This document shows positions 1-13,389 of a stretch of DNA of 64,000 nucleotides, in pieces (the first letter of the stretch is position 1; every line of letters starts with the position of its first letter). The DNA lies in contig WELA01003597.1 in NCBI GenBank assembly GCA_009602735.1, positions 600,682 through 664,681 of the forward strand, given 5' to 3'. The position numbers were made by a program, and so were the translations under genes. A model generated the notes under the pieces. That model was not told the origin of the DNA and ran no database searches. It saw nothing but the letters and a program-made list of their open reading frames with translations. Origin of the DNA: Mesotaenium endlicherianum. Lineage: Eukaryota.

Positions 1-1
1 C

Positions 2-1142
2 GTGACACCTCGAGGCCATAATGCAATACTCACGGTGGTGGACAGACTTACCAAGATGGCTCATTTTATTCCCACGACGACTAAGGCTACAGCACCACAA
101 CTTGCAAGACTCATCTTTGACAACATCTTTCGACTCCATGGACTACCATCAAGAATTGTGTCAGATAGAGATCCAAGATTCACAAGCCATTTTTGGAAAA
201 TCTCTTCAAGAACTTGGGTACATCGCTGGATATGTCCACTGCCTACACCCGCACTCAAATGGGCAAATTGAGCGTATGAATCGTACCCTAAAGACCTCTC
301 TAAAGGCCTACGTGTCTACTCTGGAGCAAGATTGGGACATGTACTTGACCCCCATGGAGTTTGCCTACAACAAGACGATGCAGGCCTCTACCCAAGAGTC
401 CCCATTCTTCCTCAACTATGGCTTCCATCCAACCACGCCGCTTTACGGCTGGCCATGATGAAGTACCTGCAGCAACACATTTTTTGGAGACATTAGAAGC
501 GGCCCTTACAGCAGCAAAGAAAGCTCTACAACAAGCGCAAGGTGCTCAAGAAAGAGTGGCAAACAGTTCCAGAAGAGAAATTACGTACAGAGTGGGTGAC
601 AACGTGTTACTATCATCCAAGAATATTTCTCTAAACAATAGGCCTGCCGGCAGCAAGTTCTCTCCCAAGTATTTGGGACCCTTCAAGATTATCCAGCAAG
701 TCAACCCCGTTGCTTTCAAGCTAGAACTTCCCCAGACTATGCACATCGACCCCGTATTCCACGCTTCCCTCTTCAAGCCATATGTGCAACCCGACAACAA
801 GTTCCCAGGACGTGTGACAACCCCACCAGCCCCAACAATAGTGGATGATCATTTGGAGTACGAAGTGGAAGACATAGTGGCTATGAGAAATTTCAGGAGA
901 CAGCAGCAATACTTGATCAAGTGGAAAGGATATCCAGATTCGGAGAATAGTTGGGTGGCGGCGCACTACCTTGACAAAGTTCAGAGAAAGTTGAAGCGCT
1001 TCCATGCCGCCAACCCCCATCTTGGACCAGCCCCAAGTCTCTCTACTAGACGAAGACTTCAGGGAGGCAGCCTGCCACCATCAAGAAGCAGCAGAAGACC
1101 CCTTGGAGGCAGCCTGCAAGAACAAGAAAGAGGAAAAATTGA
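2..1142 (+). pseudogene. pol remnant: integrase core, GPY/F motif and chromodomain, with several frameshifts
   Basis: Peptides [31 protein letters not shown] and [15 protein letters not shown] are spread over three frames; small indels near 200, 250, 440 and 1050 relative to the intact copy. Confidence 0.93.
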
Positions 1143-1911
1143 CATTAGACACTCTTCTCTTCTCGCAGTTTCTGGACAAAAAATTGAAATTGCTACTGGT
1201 GATAGGCCTCTGCATAATAAATTCTGAAAGTTTACTTGGCTGTAATTCATGAGTAGGCAGTACATTTAGAGTCCAATTTTGCTCAATTTGGAGCACTGGT
1301 GAAAGAGATATGATGCACTAAGTAGCAGGGGGTCAGGCTGCTGGCATTGTTAGGGCAGAATATGCCTTCTGACATTGTGCCCTCCCCTGAACTTGGAATG
1401 CTCTGGAACTCAAGACTCTAGTAGAACATCTTACAATTCCCAATTTCAGACTTAGTTTGCAGAATTTAGAGAAGTATAGAAGGACTTATAATTTTCAGAA
1501 GTTTCTGCACAGATTTGGAGGAGTGCCTACTCTCTCAGTTCTCAACAACACTCGAGAAATTAGAATGCTCTCAAATTTAGTGACCTGGTAGAATTCTTTG
1601 ACGCGGTCCGTTTGGCACTCAAATTTTTAGATTTGAAGCAGTTCTGTGGACGCTATGAGTTTTTGAATTTGTGGCACTTTCTGGGTCAACTTGTACAATT
1701 TTCTTTATCATCAAGGAGTAGGTAAGCCAATAACGTCACACCACCCACGACCTTGCCAGTCTACCTTACATGTGTAGCACTTGACTTGGCGCCTTGTTCT
1801 CATCCTCTTCACATGTGTGGCATCTGACTTGAAGCTGTTGACTAGTCTGCTGCACATGTGCAAGACCTGACTCGACGCGCCGAGACGTCGCTTTTTCTGT
1901 CGGGGGGGTGA

Positions 1912-2396
1912 TGTAGTGACTTGTGTTATAATATAGTAGTCAGCATATATTTTAATGCTTTTGAATATATTTGGAGTAGTATTGTGTGGAGTCAAGTGTG
2001 AATAGATACTCTAGTGACTTGGTTCATGTCTTTTGAACCTTCTAAGGCATTTTCAAAGTTAGAGGAAGGACCTAGAAGAACTCCATGTGCCAAAAGTCAA
2101 ATGTGTCATTTTTAGGTCAGAAGGACATGTGTACATTATTCTAGAAAGAGCTGGCAAGTTTTGGGATGTGTTGGGTGCCAACACATCAACATACGCCTTC
2201 CTAGAAATTACTTATGTAGCAAGTATATAAACAAGAGCTAGAACATAGAAAGACATGGAAGAATCACTCTTGTACGTGCCAAATTCCAGTAACACATTAA
2301 CTTCCAAGAAGTCATCTCTCTTTCAAGAAGCTACCACTTGTGTTCAAAGATCCTTGTTTTGAATAAATAAAGTATTCTATTTTACTAAGTACTTTA
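1912..2396 (+). repeat. 3' LTR lacking its terminal ~18 nt
   Basis: Aligns to the LTR at 23094-23596 up to ...ACTAAGTACTTTA, then diverges; no TCACTACA end. Confidence 0.9.
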
Positions 2397-4065
2397 AGTC
2401 TAACTCATCCACTTCATTTGCAAGACTTTGAGGTGGATTTGCAGTGGTCTTCCTGATCCTAATAACTCCTGGTTTGAGAGTAATCCACTAAATCTTTGGT
2501 ACTTTAGGCAAATGCAATCTGACAACAATTCGGGTCTCATATTTGTTGTCCCCGTCAAACTCAAAGAAGACCTTCCATGGAAACTTCTTATCTTACCTCT
2601 TCACCTTTTTAATCATCCTTCCCAACAAGTATATTTCATCGTAACTCTCCTCAAAAGCTGTTCTAGCCACCTAGGACCCCAAAACTGGCGAGGTACCTAA
2701 ATTCGAGTGTCTTCGCCAACATTTCCGAGCACTACGGTGTCCGGAGTGTCAGCCATGGCTATAAAATTTGCAAGAAACGAACAAAAAAGAGGATCGATAT
2801 CATGCAGAAAACTGACTTGTACTTTTCAGATTTTTCGCAATAAGAGGTGCTATACTTGGGCAAATCAAGAACGATTGATTTTACCCACTATCTTGACCTC
2901 ATAGTCGACCGTCCGATGCAAAAAAAAAAAAAGTTTCTAATTCTAGTACAAAATGGCCATTAAAAAAGAGGCCTGTATGGAACCATAAATGGATCCAAAT
3001 CCATATGTGGTTCTGTGATACACCTAGTGTTAAGCAATTTCAAGTAACGCTCAGCTTGAGCATGCTTCTGACAATGTCTACTTTGCAGTCTAGCAGTCCC
3101 TTCCCATTGCTTCTGTAGACGATCTTTAGCTGCAATTAGCTGCCTATCAACCCTGAATAGCCGAGGTTCAATAGCAGGTTCACTAATAGGGGCCTTTGTC
3201 TTGACAAACCTACCACCAGTACCTCTCACTTGCTGGTTGTTGTTCTGCACTCTAGTTTGAACAAATTTGGGCTGATCATGTCTTTTTTTAGAGGTTTTTT
3301 GAGCTGCAGATGTAGGGAGGGACATGGTGCCTACAACTATTAGAAAAGACCTTCCAAATGGTTGTGGGGGCCAATATGTACCCACATAGGTAGATAGGTA
3401 AGCAAATTTGTGATATCCTCCTTTTTTGGAGATTTTATTGATTTTTCATATTTTAATTCATAAAAACTTAACTAGAAGAAAATAAAATAAAATTTATTAA
3501 GGGTTTTTTTTTTAGGTTTCTTCCCACCAATAAATATTGAGATGTTTATTGAGAGCATTCACATAGGTATCATGACCCCGAAATGCACCAAAATGTCATG
3601 TAATGCCTCATCGGCGTGGGTCATATACTTCAGATAATTAGTATAATATGGTTGTGTATTCAGAAGTTATCTCTTAAATAGGTATTCACTTCATGTTTAC
3701 TCATGAGCAACTGGTCCAAAATTGATTCAATTCTGACAAAATAAGAACACTCAATGGCCTGCACTCTTGCATGCAAAGTCAGTCGATAAGTAAAGAGATT
3801 TACTCTCGTTGCCTGATTTTTGGCATTACTAGCATTGCCATAATATTGTCAAAAGAGCTCAGATGTGGCTCGTATCTGTAATAAGTATATATGAACATCA
3901 TACCTATCTCAATCTTTGAAAAAAATTGCTTCCGTATACATATCCAACATTTGCGAGCTGGCTTGCTAAAGGCATGCGATACGTGACATGTGTCATCCTT
4001 TGCACATGTGTAACTTGAAGAGGCTTGGTCTGAAGTGCTATTATTTTGATTATACATGTTCATCA

Positions 4066-4896
4066 TAAGGTCATGGGTGGGTGAATGAAGTTTGAGTCAA
4101 TTTGAACATATATGGAAGCCAAGGTGCTCTGCACAATGACACGTAAAATCTGTGATGCAATGCAAAAATGGCCGATTATCGACAGATTTAAAGGCCTAAC
4201 TAAAAGTGGCACAATTGCTTACACACAAGTCTCATGGCTCTGAGATTTGATATACACACTCTTTAAGGTAATATCTTTCCATAAAAACCAAAAAAATAAT
4301 ATTCCTTGCAGATCTCCAAAAATTGTGAACTAGCCTCTTTCAAGCGTGCAAAATTTGACACCTGGCCATCTTTGCTCGTGTGTGGATGGTACATGATTTG
4401 TCAAACTACGATTTTTTGTTCTCCAAATTTTTTATGATAGGGTTATGAGTGGGTAGATGAAGTTTCAGTCAATTTGAGCATATGTGGAACGCGTGGTGCC
4501 CTGCACAATGACATGCAAAATTTGTGATGCAATGCAAAAATGGCGGCTTATCGACAGATTTCAAGCAATGAGTAAAAGTGGCACATCTGTTTGCACACAA
4601 GTCTCCTGGCTCTGAAATTTGGAACACATATTCCTGTAAGCAATGTCTGTCCATGAGAACAAAAACCTAAAAATTCTTGCAAATCTCCAAAAGTTGTGGA
4701 TCAGCCATTTTCAGGCGTGCAAACTTTGACACCTGGCAATCTTGGCACGTGTGTGGATGCTATAGGATTTGTCAGAATACATTTTTTTACCTCCAGATTT
4801 TAATTATAGGGCCATGAGTGGGTGGATGAAGTTTCAGTCAATTTGGGTATATGTGGAAGCCATGGTGCCTTGCACAATGACATGCAAAATCTGTGA
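4066..4896. repeat. Diverged ~370-bp tandem repeat, about 2.2 copies
   Basis: The block ATG(A/G)GTGGGT...GAAGTTT(C/G)AGTCAATTTG...TGCACAATGACA recurs near 4073, 4445 and 4814. Confidence 0.85.
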
Positions 4897-6584
4897 CAAA
4901 TAGTGTGTTTTGACCAAAATGAACAAATATACCTAGTACAGTTAAAAATGAATATCTCCCAGAATGTTTCTTTGATTAATTTAAAATTTTTGGTGTGGAT
5001 GGAGAACAGATATATGTATCTATATTCAGAAATTCAGCCCTTTCCGACAAATTTGCCGCAAACGGCAGTGAAAAGTACGAGAATGCGCCTAAATGTCCTC
5101 AAAAGGCTATGTTGAGTTTCATGTGCTCGCACGTACACACCAAAATACGCGAAGGAAAGATTTGGAGAATGGGATTAAACAGCGAAGGTGAGGTTAAAAC
5201 TCACTTCACACCTTCACACCATGTACTTACGTGCTTGTAATTAGTGTATTGGAGGTGTAGTTCTTTTAAACCTTGGATGCAAAGTGCTTGGAGGCAAGAG
5301 GTATTAACCATCGTTGTGGTACTTATTTGTTATCAGAGTAGTTAGTCTATTAGGTAGGTGAAGTTGGCAAGTAGATAATGTGATTTTGAAGCTCAATAAC
5401 CTACACATTTTCTTATATTTCTGCATAATATTGGTAACCTACCGAAGGTCAAAGACTCGAATATTAGCTAGTGTTGTGTCATCTGCATAATACTAGTAAC
5501 GTACCATATGTCAAAGACTCACATACTTGCTATTATTGTGTGTGTGAGATGCATTGTTCTGCATAAAGAGCAGATTGGTCAAAAAAGAAGTTGTCTACTT
5601 TCCTTTGGTGATGTTATTCATTCACTTTGTCTTTGTCTCAGTCTTGCCATCTGTTTGACATCTGTTTGACATCTGTTTGACATCTGCCCAGCAAGAACCT
5701 TTTGCTTTGCATCAAACTTTCTTTGAAACCATTCAAGAGAAGGCAATGAAGTTCGTATCTGCTTTTAGCAAACTAAGAGGATCATTTTGGAAGTTGCACC
5801 CATCCCCATGGATATTCATCATAATGATTGTGTGTGACTTACGACAAAAAGTTTTCGCCCATGAGTATGGCCACAAAGCAAACACTTCAAAGTATGGCAA
5901 GTCGCGTCTCTATAGCCCTAGATAACTAGAATCCAGGGGGCCAAAATCCTGAACATGGAATGCAAGGTAAGCTCACAGTTCGTGCTTGAGAGATATGAAG
6001 AATACATCTAACACAACCTATTCAAATGCTTAGATGAATGAATATGCAAAAGTTCGGGCTTCCTATTTTTGCAAGCAATGGATGGTCAACAAGAGCAGGC
6101 ATTGTGAACCTGGTAATATTCACATGAAACTGAAGGTTCTCCCTCACCCCTAAACTGAATACCTCACCAAAATATATGAAGCGCAACCGCTTTTCCAACT
6201 TGGTTCCTAAAAAGAGCGATAGTACACATGAACAAAATGCAGCCTACATGTCCATTAGGGAACAATATCATGTATGAGTCTTAAAATGTCCTTCCCTAAG
6301 CTTACGTAGAAGCAGGTATAGACAAAACAAAACACCTAAGATCGCCATGGGGGCACCTAAGGCGGCCGCAACTCCACTTCAAATACAAGCCGTGCTTCCA
6401 GGAAAATTCATCCTCAGCCTGTATGCAAATACCACATCAGATGAATACTACTAGCGACCAAATTAAGATTTTCATTTTGACTCAATCCTTAAGCAACATA
6501 TGTACATGGAAAATACATGCCCTCTTTGTGCACTGATGGACAATGTCACCTTCAAGTACCAAACTTTCAGCTTACACTATGGAG

Positions 6585-8881
6585 CTAGAAACAAAATGAA
6601 ATATATCGTACAGCAAAGAATATAGCCATCACCGGGGCAGCCAAAACTGCCGCAACGCCCGCGTTAAACAGAAGGACGTGCTTCCAGGACAGAGGCCTTA
6701 TAACAAGTTTATACACATCGTTAACCTGCGCCATCGTCTCTTGCAGCAAGCCGCTGTTGTCGACCACGACATCCGCGCGCGCCCTCTTCGCCTCGAGAGG
6801 CATCTGTGAGCCTATTCTGAGCTGCGCTTGCTCGCGCGTGAGCCCGTTCCGATGCACCAGCCTCTCCAGCTGAGCCTCCCCCTCGCAGTACACGACCACG
6901 ACGGGGTTTGTGAGGACGTGGATCTTGGCCTCGAAGAGCAGGGGAGCGTCCAGCACGACAACTGGCGCGCCGAGGTACCAGTGTTGCGCCAGCTGGAGCA
7001 GAAGCCCGAGTGCAATTGCCGGCTGCACTGCCCTGGATAAAAGGAGGAAGCCAACAGAGATGGAGCTTTTGAGAAGCTGGAACGAAGACAAACCAGGGGT
7101 GCAAAATGTGGGCGTCGATAGAAGGTGAAAGCAAGAGCTGGAAGTTTCAGCCGGCCACTGCATGTGTCCAACACGGTTTTCAAACTGCCAGGCCTTCCAT
7201 GATCAGACTGATCGATACCATAACTCCTTCTTGGTGTCTTATTCACAAATTCAGCCCCCCATCCCTCACTCTGCAAGAACTTCAGCCGGGTGCTTGCTCA
7301 CTCTATGATATTATCAACCGAGAAAAACATACACTGTAAAATATGACTAAAGCGGCCATAGAATCTATAGCGAATGACACATCAAAAACGAGGCCTAATG
7401 TATGTAAGATATGGAATACCATGAATGCCTCTGCAGACACGCATTGCTGAACGATTGCCAGAATCGCAGTTTTTTTGCTTTAAGAAGCACGTGCGGACAG
7501 GCTTGGTAGACTTTATTGCCATATGATGATAAGAGTTCCCCCTTGACTCTTGGAATAGAAGTGCAGCCAAGACACCCAACTTCTCACCCTAGGGTTTGCT
7601 CAAGGGGTTAGAAGGCTTATCCAAACCAAAGCCCTAAACCCAAGCCCAAAACCAAACCCTTGACCATTCTAGTGAGCACGGCAAAGTTCACCTGTCCTCG
7701 AGAATCAAGCTCTTCCAGTCCCACTAATACCCATTTATTGTGGGCATCTCTCCTGACATGAAATGTATACTTCTGCTACTCGCCAAATAAAAAATAGTGA
7801 AAAGCCCCAAAAGAGGTGCCCTCCATACTCAACCCAACCACTATGAGAGTCACTATTAACTTATCGCCCCCGCCAACGCCAGTCCTCCCATAAGGGAAGT
7901 CTTGTGTGCATGATCATGTAGCTTTCCTGATGAAAAGATGACCTGCACCTGAGCCTGCAACTGACACAGTATCTCTTTAGAGTGTGTACAAGGTGTAGGA
8001 ATCACAGTCAGGATTCTCAGAAAGCTACTCCACTCGCAGTAGGGCCTCGGCTCTTACCTGTTGAGGGCTTTCCTCATTTCCGGATTTTGAAACACCAGAT
8101 CCCCCAGAAGCGAGCGGTCAATCTCGCCATCTTCGTCGAGAATGTTCAGACGGAACCTGCTGGCCAATCCCAGCGCCACAACAACGCGTCTGTAGCCCCA
8201 CGTGCCCTTCTTCTGCACGTCCTGCAGGAGGACACCAAGGGGCGACACCTGTCAGGCTTTTGGTAGCCCGTTGCAGAACCCTTCCTTATGTGCAGCTTGT
8301 ACTGCATCCTTCCCTCATCAATTCTATAGCTGACAATTTCATCTTGCTTTCGAATGCTCAGATTACAGTGCAATGTTATGGGGCATTGGTGATGGCCGTA
8401 GTATCTCAATGGTCCTCCTAACTACAAAAGTCAGTGTTGTCACTCTAAGGAGAATCCCACGTCACAGTTGTACCACATTGGCCTGTGCAGACTATGAGGT
8501 TCTGTTGCTCAAAATCCTTACAAGTGAATTGCCCACTCACCATGGAGGAACAAACGGGGAAGCCTCTCATTGACTTTTCCTACTCGAAACTCAGTTGACA
8601 AGTATTCTTATGAAGGAACCTACTTCGACCACTCAGAAGGACCAGAAGTGGAGCTGCTAGCATAAGCATTTGAACCTGTCGCTTCCACAAAGTGGCGACT
8701 GAAAGGGTCAGGGGTCTTGCAGTTGGGTTCCAGATTCATTTTAAAAGAGGTTCAGGGATCGAGGAAAACTGACATGAGCAACTTGGTCAGCATCGATGAC
8801 GGGCAGGCCTCTCCGCTGCAGCTCCCGGGACACTGTACTCTTGCCTGAGGCAATGCCACCTGTCAGCCCCACAATCCTCAT
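6585..8881 (-). CDS. coaE: Dephospho-CoA kinase; exons 8881-8774, 8221-8058, 7032-6585; 239 aa
   Basis: [17 protein letters not shown] (Walker A), [45 protein letters not shown] and a hydrophobic C-terminal tail as in plant DPCK. GT-AG introns keep the frame (108+164+448 = 720 nt). Confidence 0.95.
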
Positions 8882-9970
8882 TGCTCTACCAGGGCTCCTT
8901 CAGAGTGACACCTCATCTCACAGCTAGCAGGCCAGTCTGTCTCCTCCTGAGTGGTCCCCGGCCTGCACAGTAGAGAGAGCAGAATGACGTGGCGTCCTTC
9001 AGAAGTTTGAGGCACAAAAGCCAGACTCAGACTCGCTTTGCTCCAAGAGTATCGAATACCAGGCCAACTCCAAAAGTTTACTAAATGTCATACTCCAATA
9101 TTACTCCACAAGTACAAGTGAAGCCTACTCTTCAAGACTTCAAGACGCGCATGTTTCTCTCAGCGGATGATTTTTTCACATGCCTTATTGAGAGAATCGC
9201 GGCTTCAGCTTCCTCCTGTCTGGATGGCCATCGGGAATAATATCGGAGCTAGTGCTCGTGTGCTCTGGGCTGGTTTGAGGCCGGGGCCACTTCAGGCCAG
9301 CTCATGAAGCACCATGTAGAAATAGATAGGAACGAGAATTGCGTCGAAATATCAGAAGATAGCAACCGATAACGACAGTTCAGAAGCTCCTGGCCACTTC
9401 TCACGAAGTTTTACCAACAACAATATTACCTGCTTTTACCAGCTTGTACACACTTTTACCATGAAGTAATAAGTTCCCTTGTACTAGACTGCCCGAGATG
9501 GCCCGCGATATACATCGGAGTGGGCTATATATTGCATGCTGTTACCCAATGTTGCCGACTGTTGCCGGTTCATTCAGGCTCTGTAAGTGTCCTTAAGTGT
9601 CCGCAAGTGTTTCTGCCTTGTGTAAGGATGAGCCTTGATTGGTTTTCACCAGAACGTATAACCAGGTGGCATCCAACCGCACTCGTTCTAATCCATTCTC
9701 ATCAGCTTTCATATGTTTCTCACAGTATCTCATCTTCCACAAGACCGCACCAGCTCGCAAGTTCCATGGAGACGACTTCGTCTTAGCCATGGCAACGCGT
9801 GGCTCCCTGATTTATTTATATAGTCGTGGCAAGACACTGCTCTTTTGAATAGCTTTGGCGTGCTCTTGTGAACTGCAGGTTGAGGGTATCATAAACTCCT
9901 TGAGTGACGGATTATATTTTGTATAGTGCACGAAGCTGTATAGTAGTATATACGGAGAGCGCCAACTAAA

Positions 9971-12900
9971 ATGGTGCGCACAGAAGCACCAGGATGTGCT
10001 GGAAAATATACTATTGACTCTAGGGCATTGTCTGAGTTAGCTCTGCAGTTTAATCACGAAGCAAAGGCAATGAAAGAGCTGGAAGTGAAAATGCACAAAG
10101 TGAGTATACACTTGGGTGCCTCTGTTCGTGCACAAAACATATGTCATAAGCCCAGCCTGCACATGGCAACGTTGTTCTGTATACTCCATGATTTCATAAC
10201 GGGGTTTGGAATTATACCTGACTCTTTGGTGGTCGTTATATTTTTAAGCTGATACATAAAAGCAAGGCCTCATATATTGCACTCTGCTTGTTCGTCCTCC
10301 TTTTCTCTCATGCTTGTTCAACGCTTTCAATAAGACTTGTCTACGATACTTTCCTTATATGCATATGCTCTACGCCTGGTGACTAGGAAAAACCAACAAT
10401 AGTAATCGTAGGACATGGCTGCTCTGCACCTCCGCTTTTGGTCATAATAGCCAACCTCATCTGATTGGGCTTCTCTTGAACAGCTGCAAGACTATGTTGC
10501 AGCTTTTACCTCAGAGACTTGTGAGGTGAAGAAGCAAGTGGCGAGCTTGACAAAGAAACACGTGGCGGCATGCGCCTCCTGCACCCCTTGGCAGGGAGCC
10601 AGGGAGGAACATGCCGAGCAGCTTCTGCGGAACAAGAAGTATTTTGTGGAGCGAAACACTCCGCAGGAGAAAAATGTTGAGGAACAGCATCAGACCATTA
10701 AATGGGGATACAATGCAGCCTGCTCAGATTGCGATATGTGCCGATCAGAACGCGATGGCTGCACTATATTGACACTTGCATGCCTGGTGTTTATATGAAC
10801 AATGATATGCAGGAGGCATTGAAATGGCAGAAGGCGGTGGGTGAAGGCCATATAGCAGGGCTGGAGGAGCAGCTGAGGGTGTCCGAGGAGCGGCTGAGGA
10901 CGACCGAGCATGCGCTGGTTTAACAGGGAGCAAGGTATGGGGCCAAGATAGCACAGCTGGAGGAGCAGCTGAGGGCGTTGCAGGAGCAGCCGAGAAGGGA
11001 CCTGCAGGCCCGGGTGGCTCAGGCAGGGGGCCTCCTCGGTACGAGCCCAGCGGTCAAGCTCTCAGGTACCCTGTCCTAGCTTCGCACCAGAAGTGCGCCT
11101 CAGGCTGATACCTTCAGCGGTTGGTATGTTATGCCAGTCAACATGAATGTGTTGATGGTCTTGTTACCCAGATAGAGGCTGGTGTATGCTGTTTGAATAT
11201 TGAATCTGGTGTGCCGTGCTTACCTCGTCTGGCGGAAAGAAGTGCGATAATGGAACGATATTTGGCATGCCATATAAGCTACGGTTTCCAGTTCTTGAAG
11301 CGGGCATGCACAACAAAGATGCAAGATGTCTGACACGCTGGCAGCCCTCTTGAATCTCATGTCAGAGCTTCTGAAGTTGGTCGTAAGTGTGCGTTGGCTG
11401 TGGAGCTCGATGGCCCCGAAAGAGCCGGCGAGTCACGTGCACTGGTCGAGTGCCATCGTGCTGTTTCCTTTGTTGCATCTGCTCTTTTTTGAGTGCAACT
11501 GATCTAGCAGAGTGTCTATCGGCAACCTCCAAAAGTCGTACCTCTCAGCTTCATGTCAAAATCTGCAGGTCCCTTGGAACGATAAGCAATGAAACTGTTT
11601 GTATGATTTTTTTTGTGCTGAATGCCAGGCAATGTAGCCATACAATGGCTAGACTGTTGTGTACTGATTCTTGTGCATCTGGTTCCTGGATGCTGTCATC
11701 GAACGGATACACCTTCTGTTTACAACTGCAGGGCGATGACGACGCTAGCACCGCAAAGAAGCAAGTGGTGAGGTTTGCAGAGGGACATTTGGCAGCATGT
11801 GCTTCCTGCGCCTCTTTTCAAAGAGCACGGGAGGAACAAGCTAAGCAGCTTCTGCAGAAAGAGGAGCAGATGGAGGATCTGCAGAGGGCTGCGAGGGAAA
11901 CCCAGGTGAGCAGTAAGGAAAGACTGCTTATTCTATGCCACCAATATATATGTCCTCTTCTATCAGGGCCTGCTCACAACCCTGGGAGGCCATTTCTTGA
12001 GGTTAATTAACATCACACAAATGCAAGATGAAGACTAGTCATCAGGCTGAGAACTGCTTGGTACTTGTGCGTGGTGACGTTGCAGGCGTCACTAGAAGCT
12101 TACATGGCAGGGTTGGAGGAGCAGCTGAGGTCGTCAGAGCGGGAGAGGCCAGCTCAGCAGGCCCCCGCTGCTGAACAGCGAGCGAGCAACGAGCCACATG
12201 AAGCGCGCGTGGCAGGGCTGGAAACGCTGCTGAGGGCGTCTGAGCAGGAGAGGCAGGCCCAGCAGGCGCGTGCAGCCGAGCTCAAGGCCTATTTGGCCCA
12301 TGCCCAGCGGGTAGCCTCTCAGGTACGCAGTTGTTGGCACCCACGCTTCTATTTCAGTACTGCTGCAGAGTGGGCTCTGTTTGTTTTATAGGACACATGT
12401 CCTTTGTTCATTTTTGTCTTGTCGTACAACCACCCTTTCACTCAAGTTTAGCGCACTTCTGAAGTGTGATCCCTGTTCAGAACATACACAATTAGTGATT
12501 GCACTTTTGTGTGTCATGCACATGGCTTGCTTTGTTCTGGCCAACTCTGCGCACTGGTGTGACGTATGCTTATATTTGTAGCCTGCTTCCATGTTGGTGA
12601 CCAAAACGTGAGTGGAGAATGTGCACTCCGAAAAAGTGAGAGCTGAGTCATTTTCCTTCTTGGTCTTCATGAGTTCTGCCTTGCTTACAGATGTTTCCCT
12701 CAAAAGCATCTGAGGTAAGGCTACTAGTAGGTAGCCTGGAAGAAAGACGTGCGGATCCTGATGTGGCTCGCACGGCACCTTCTTTGGCTCCGGCTGGGGC
12801 TATTGTGCCCTCGGTGTTTGGAACAAACAATGCCAAAAAGCGTCCTGCTGAGGTGAGCAGTCCCTGTTGCTGGTGGGGCCTCTGCGAAGTGCTCTCTCCT

Positions 12901-13389
12901 CACTCTTTTTTGACTCTGTGGAGGAGTGCATGAGAACGGAGGCTCTGTCCCTCACTTGCTCCTTTTCTTGCACTGAATACTTTCTTAACACCGCTATCTA
13001 TACAGTGGCCAAGTGGCGTTCATTGTGGGTGTGAGCAGGTAGTGGGACGCCTTCCTTGCAGTGGTCTGATCTACTGCTGTATCAAGGTGATAGAAAGTCG
13101 CATAGTATTTGCGAACGAAAGGCTAACTTAATCTGTTGGTTGGCAGGCATTAGTGGCGCCAAGTGCAGCAGGTGCAGCTGCTTCCACATTCGAGGAGTGC
13201 GCTGCTTGCGGAGAAATAGCCAGGGCATGGTGCAAAACGAGGGGTGCCACCTCTGCACTCGGCAGAGACAGCGGACAAGCCTTCTGCGGCATTGCTCGAC
13301 AAAGTGGTGAAAGATGGCAGTCGCAGCAAGTGACTGACGTCAAGCCATGCATCCCCACACATGATTTGTCACTGGACGGGTGTTTGTAG
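9971..13389 (+). CDS. Multi-exon coiled-coil gene with repeated H(V/L)AACxxC and AGLEEQLRASE modules (gene A); in-frame TAA at 10921, possibly a pseudogene; exon model approximate
   Basis: Exon-like segments 9971-10099 (GTGAGT donor), from 10484, from ~10813, 11732-11905 and 12086-12322; homologous to gene B. Confidence 0.55.

Larger units (their letters stand above)
1..2396 (+). mobile_element. 3' part of a decayed Ty3/gypsy chromovirus (same family as 23094-30345); starts upstream of the window, 3' LTR truncated
   Basis: Near-identical to 27349-29755. Integrase core, GPF motif and chromodomain remnants, PPT GGGGGGG at 1902-1908, LTR start TGTAGTGA at 1912. Confidence 0.95.

Noticed and set aside
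2730..5246. CACTA...TAGTG pair suggesting a CACTA element
   Set aside because: The match does not extend beyond 5 bp and there is no TSD.
5648..5686. CATCTGTTTGA tandem, about 3.5 copies
   Set aside because: Ordinary slippage minisatellite with no associated structure.
7588..7660. Degenerate telomere-like motifs in DPCK intron 2
   Set aside because: Only one or two exact units; compatible with ordinary telo-box-like low complexity.
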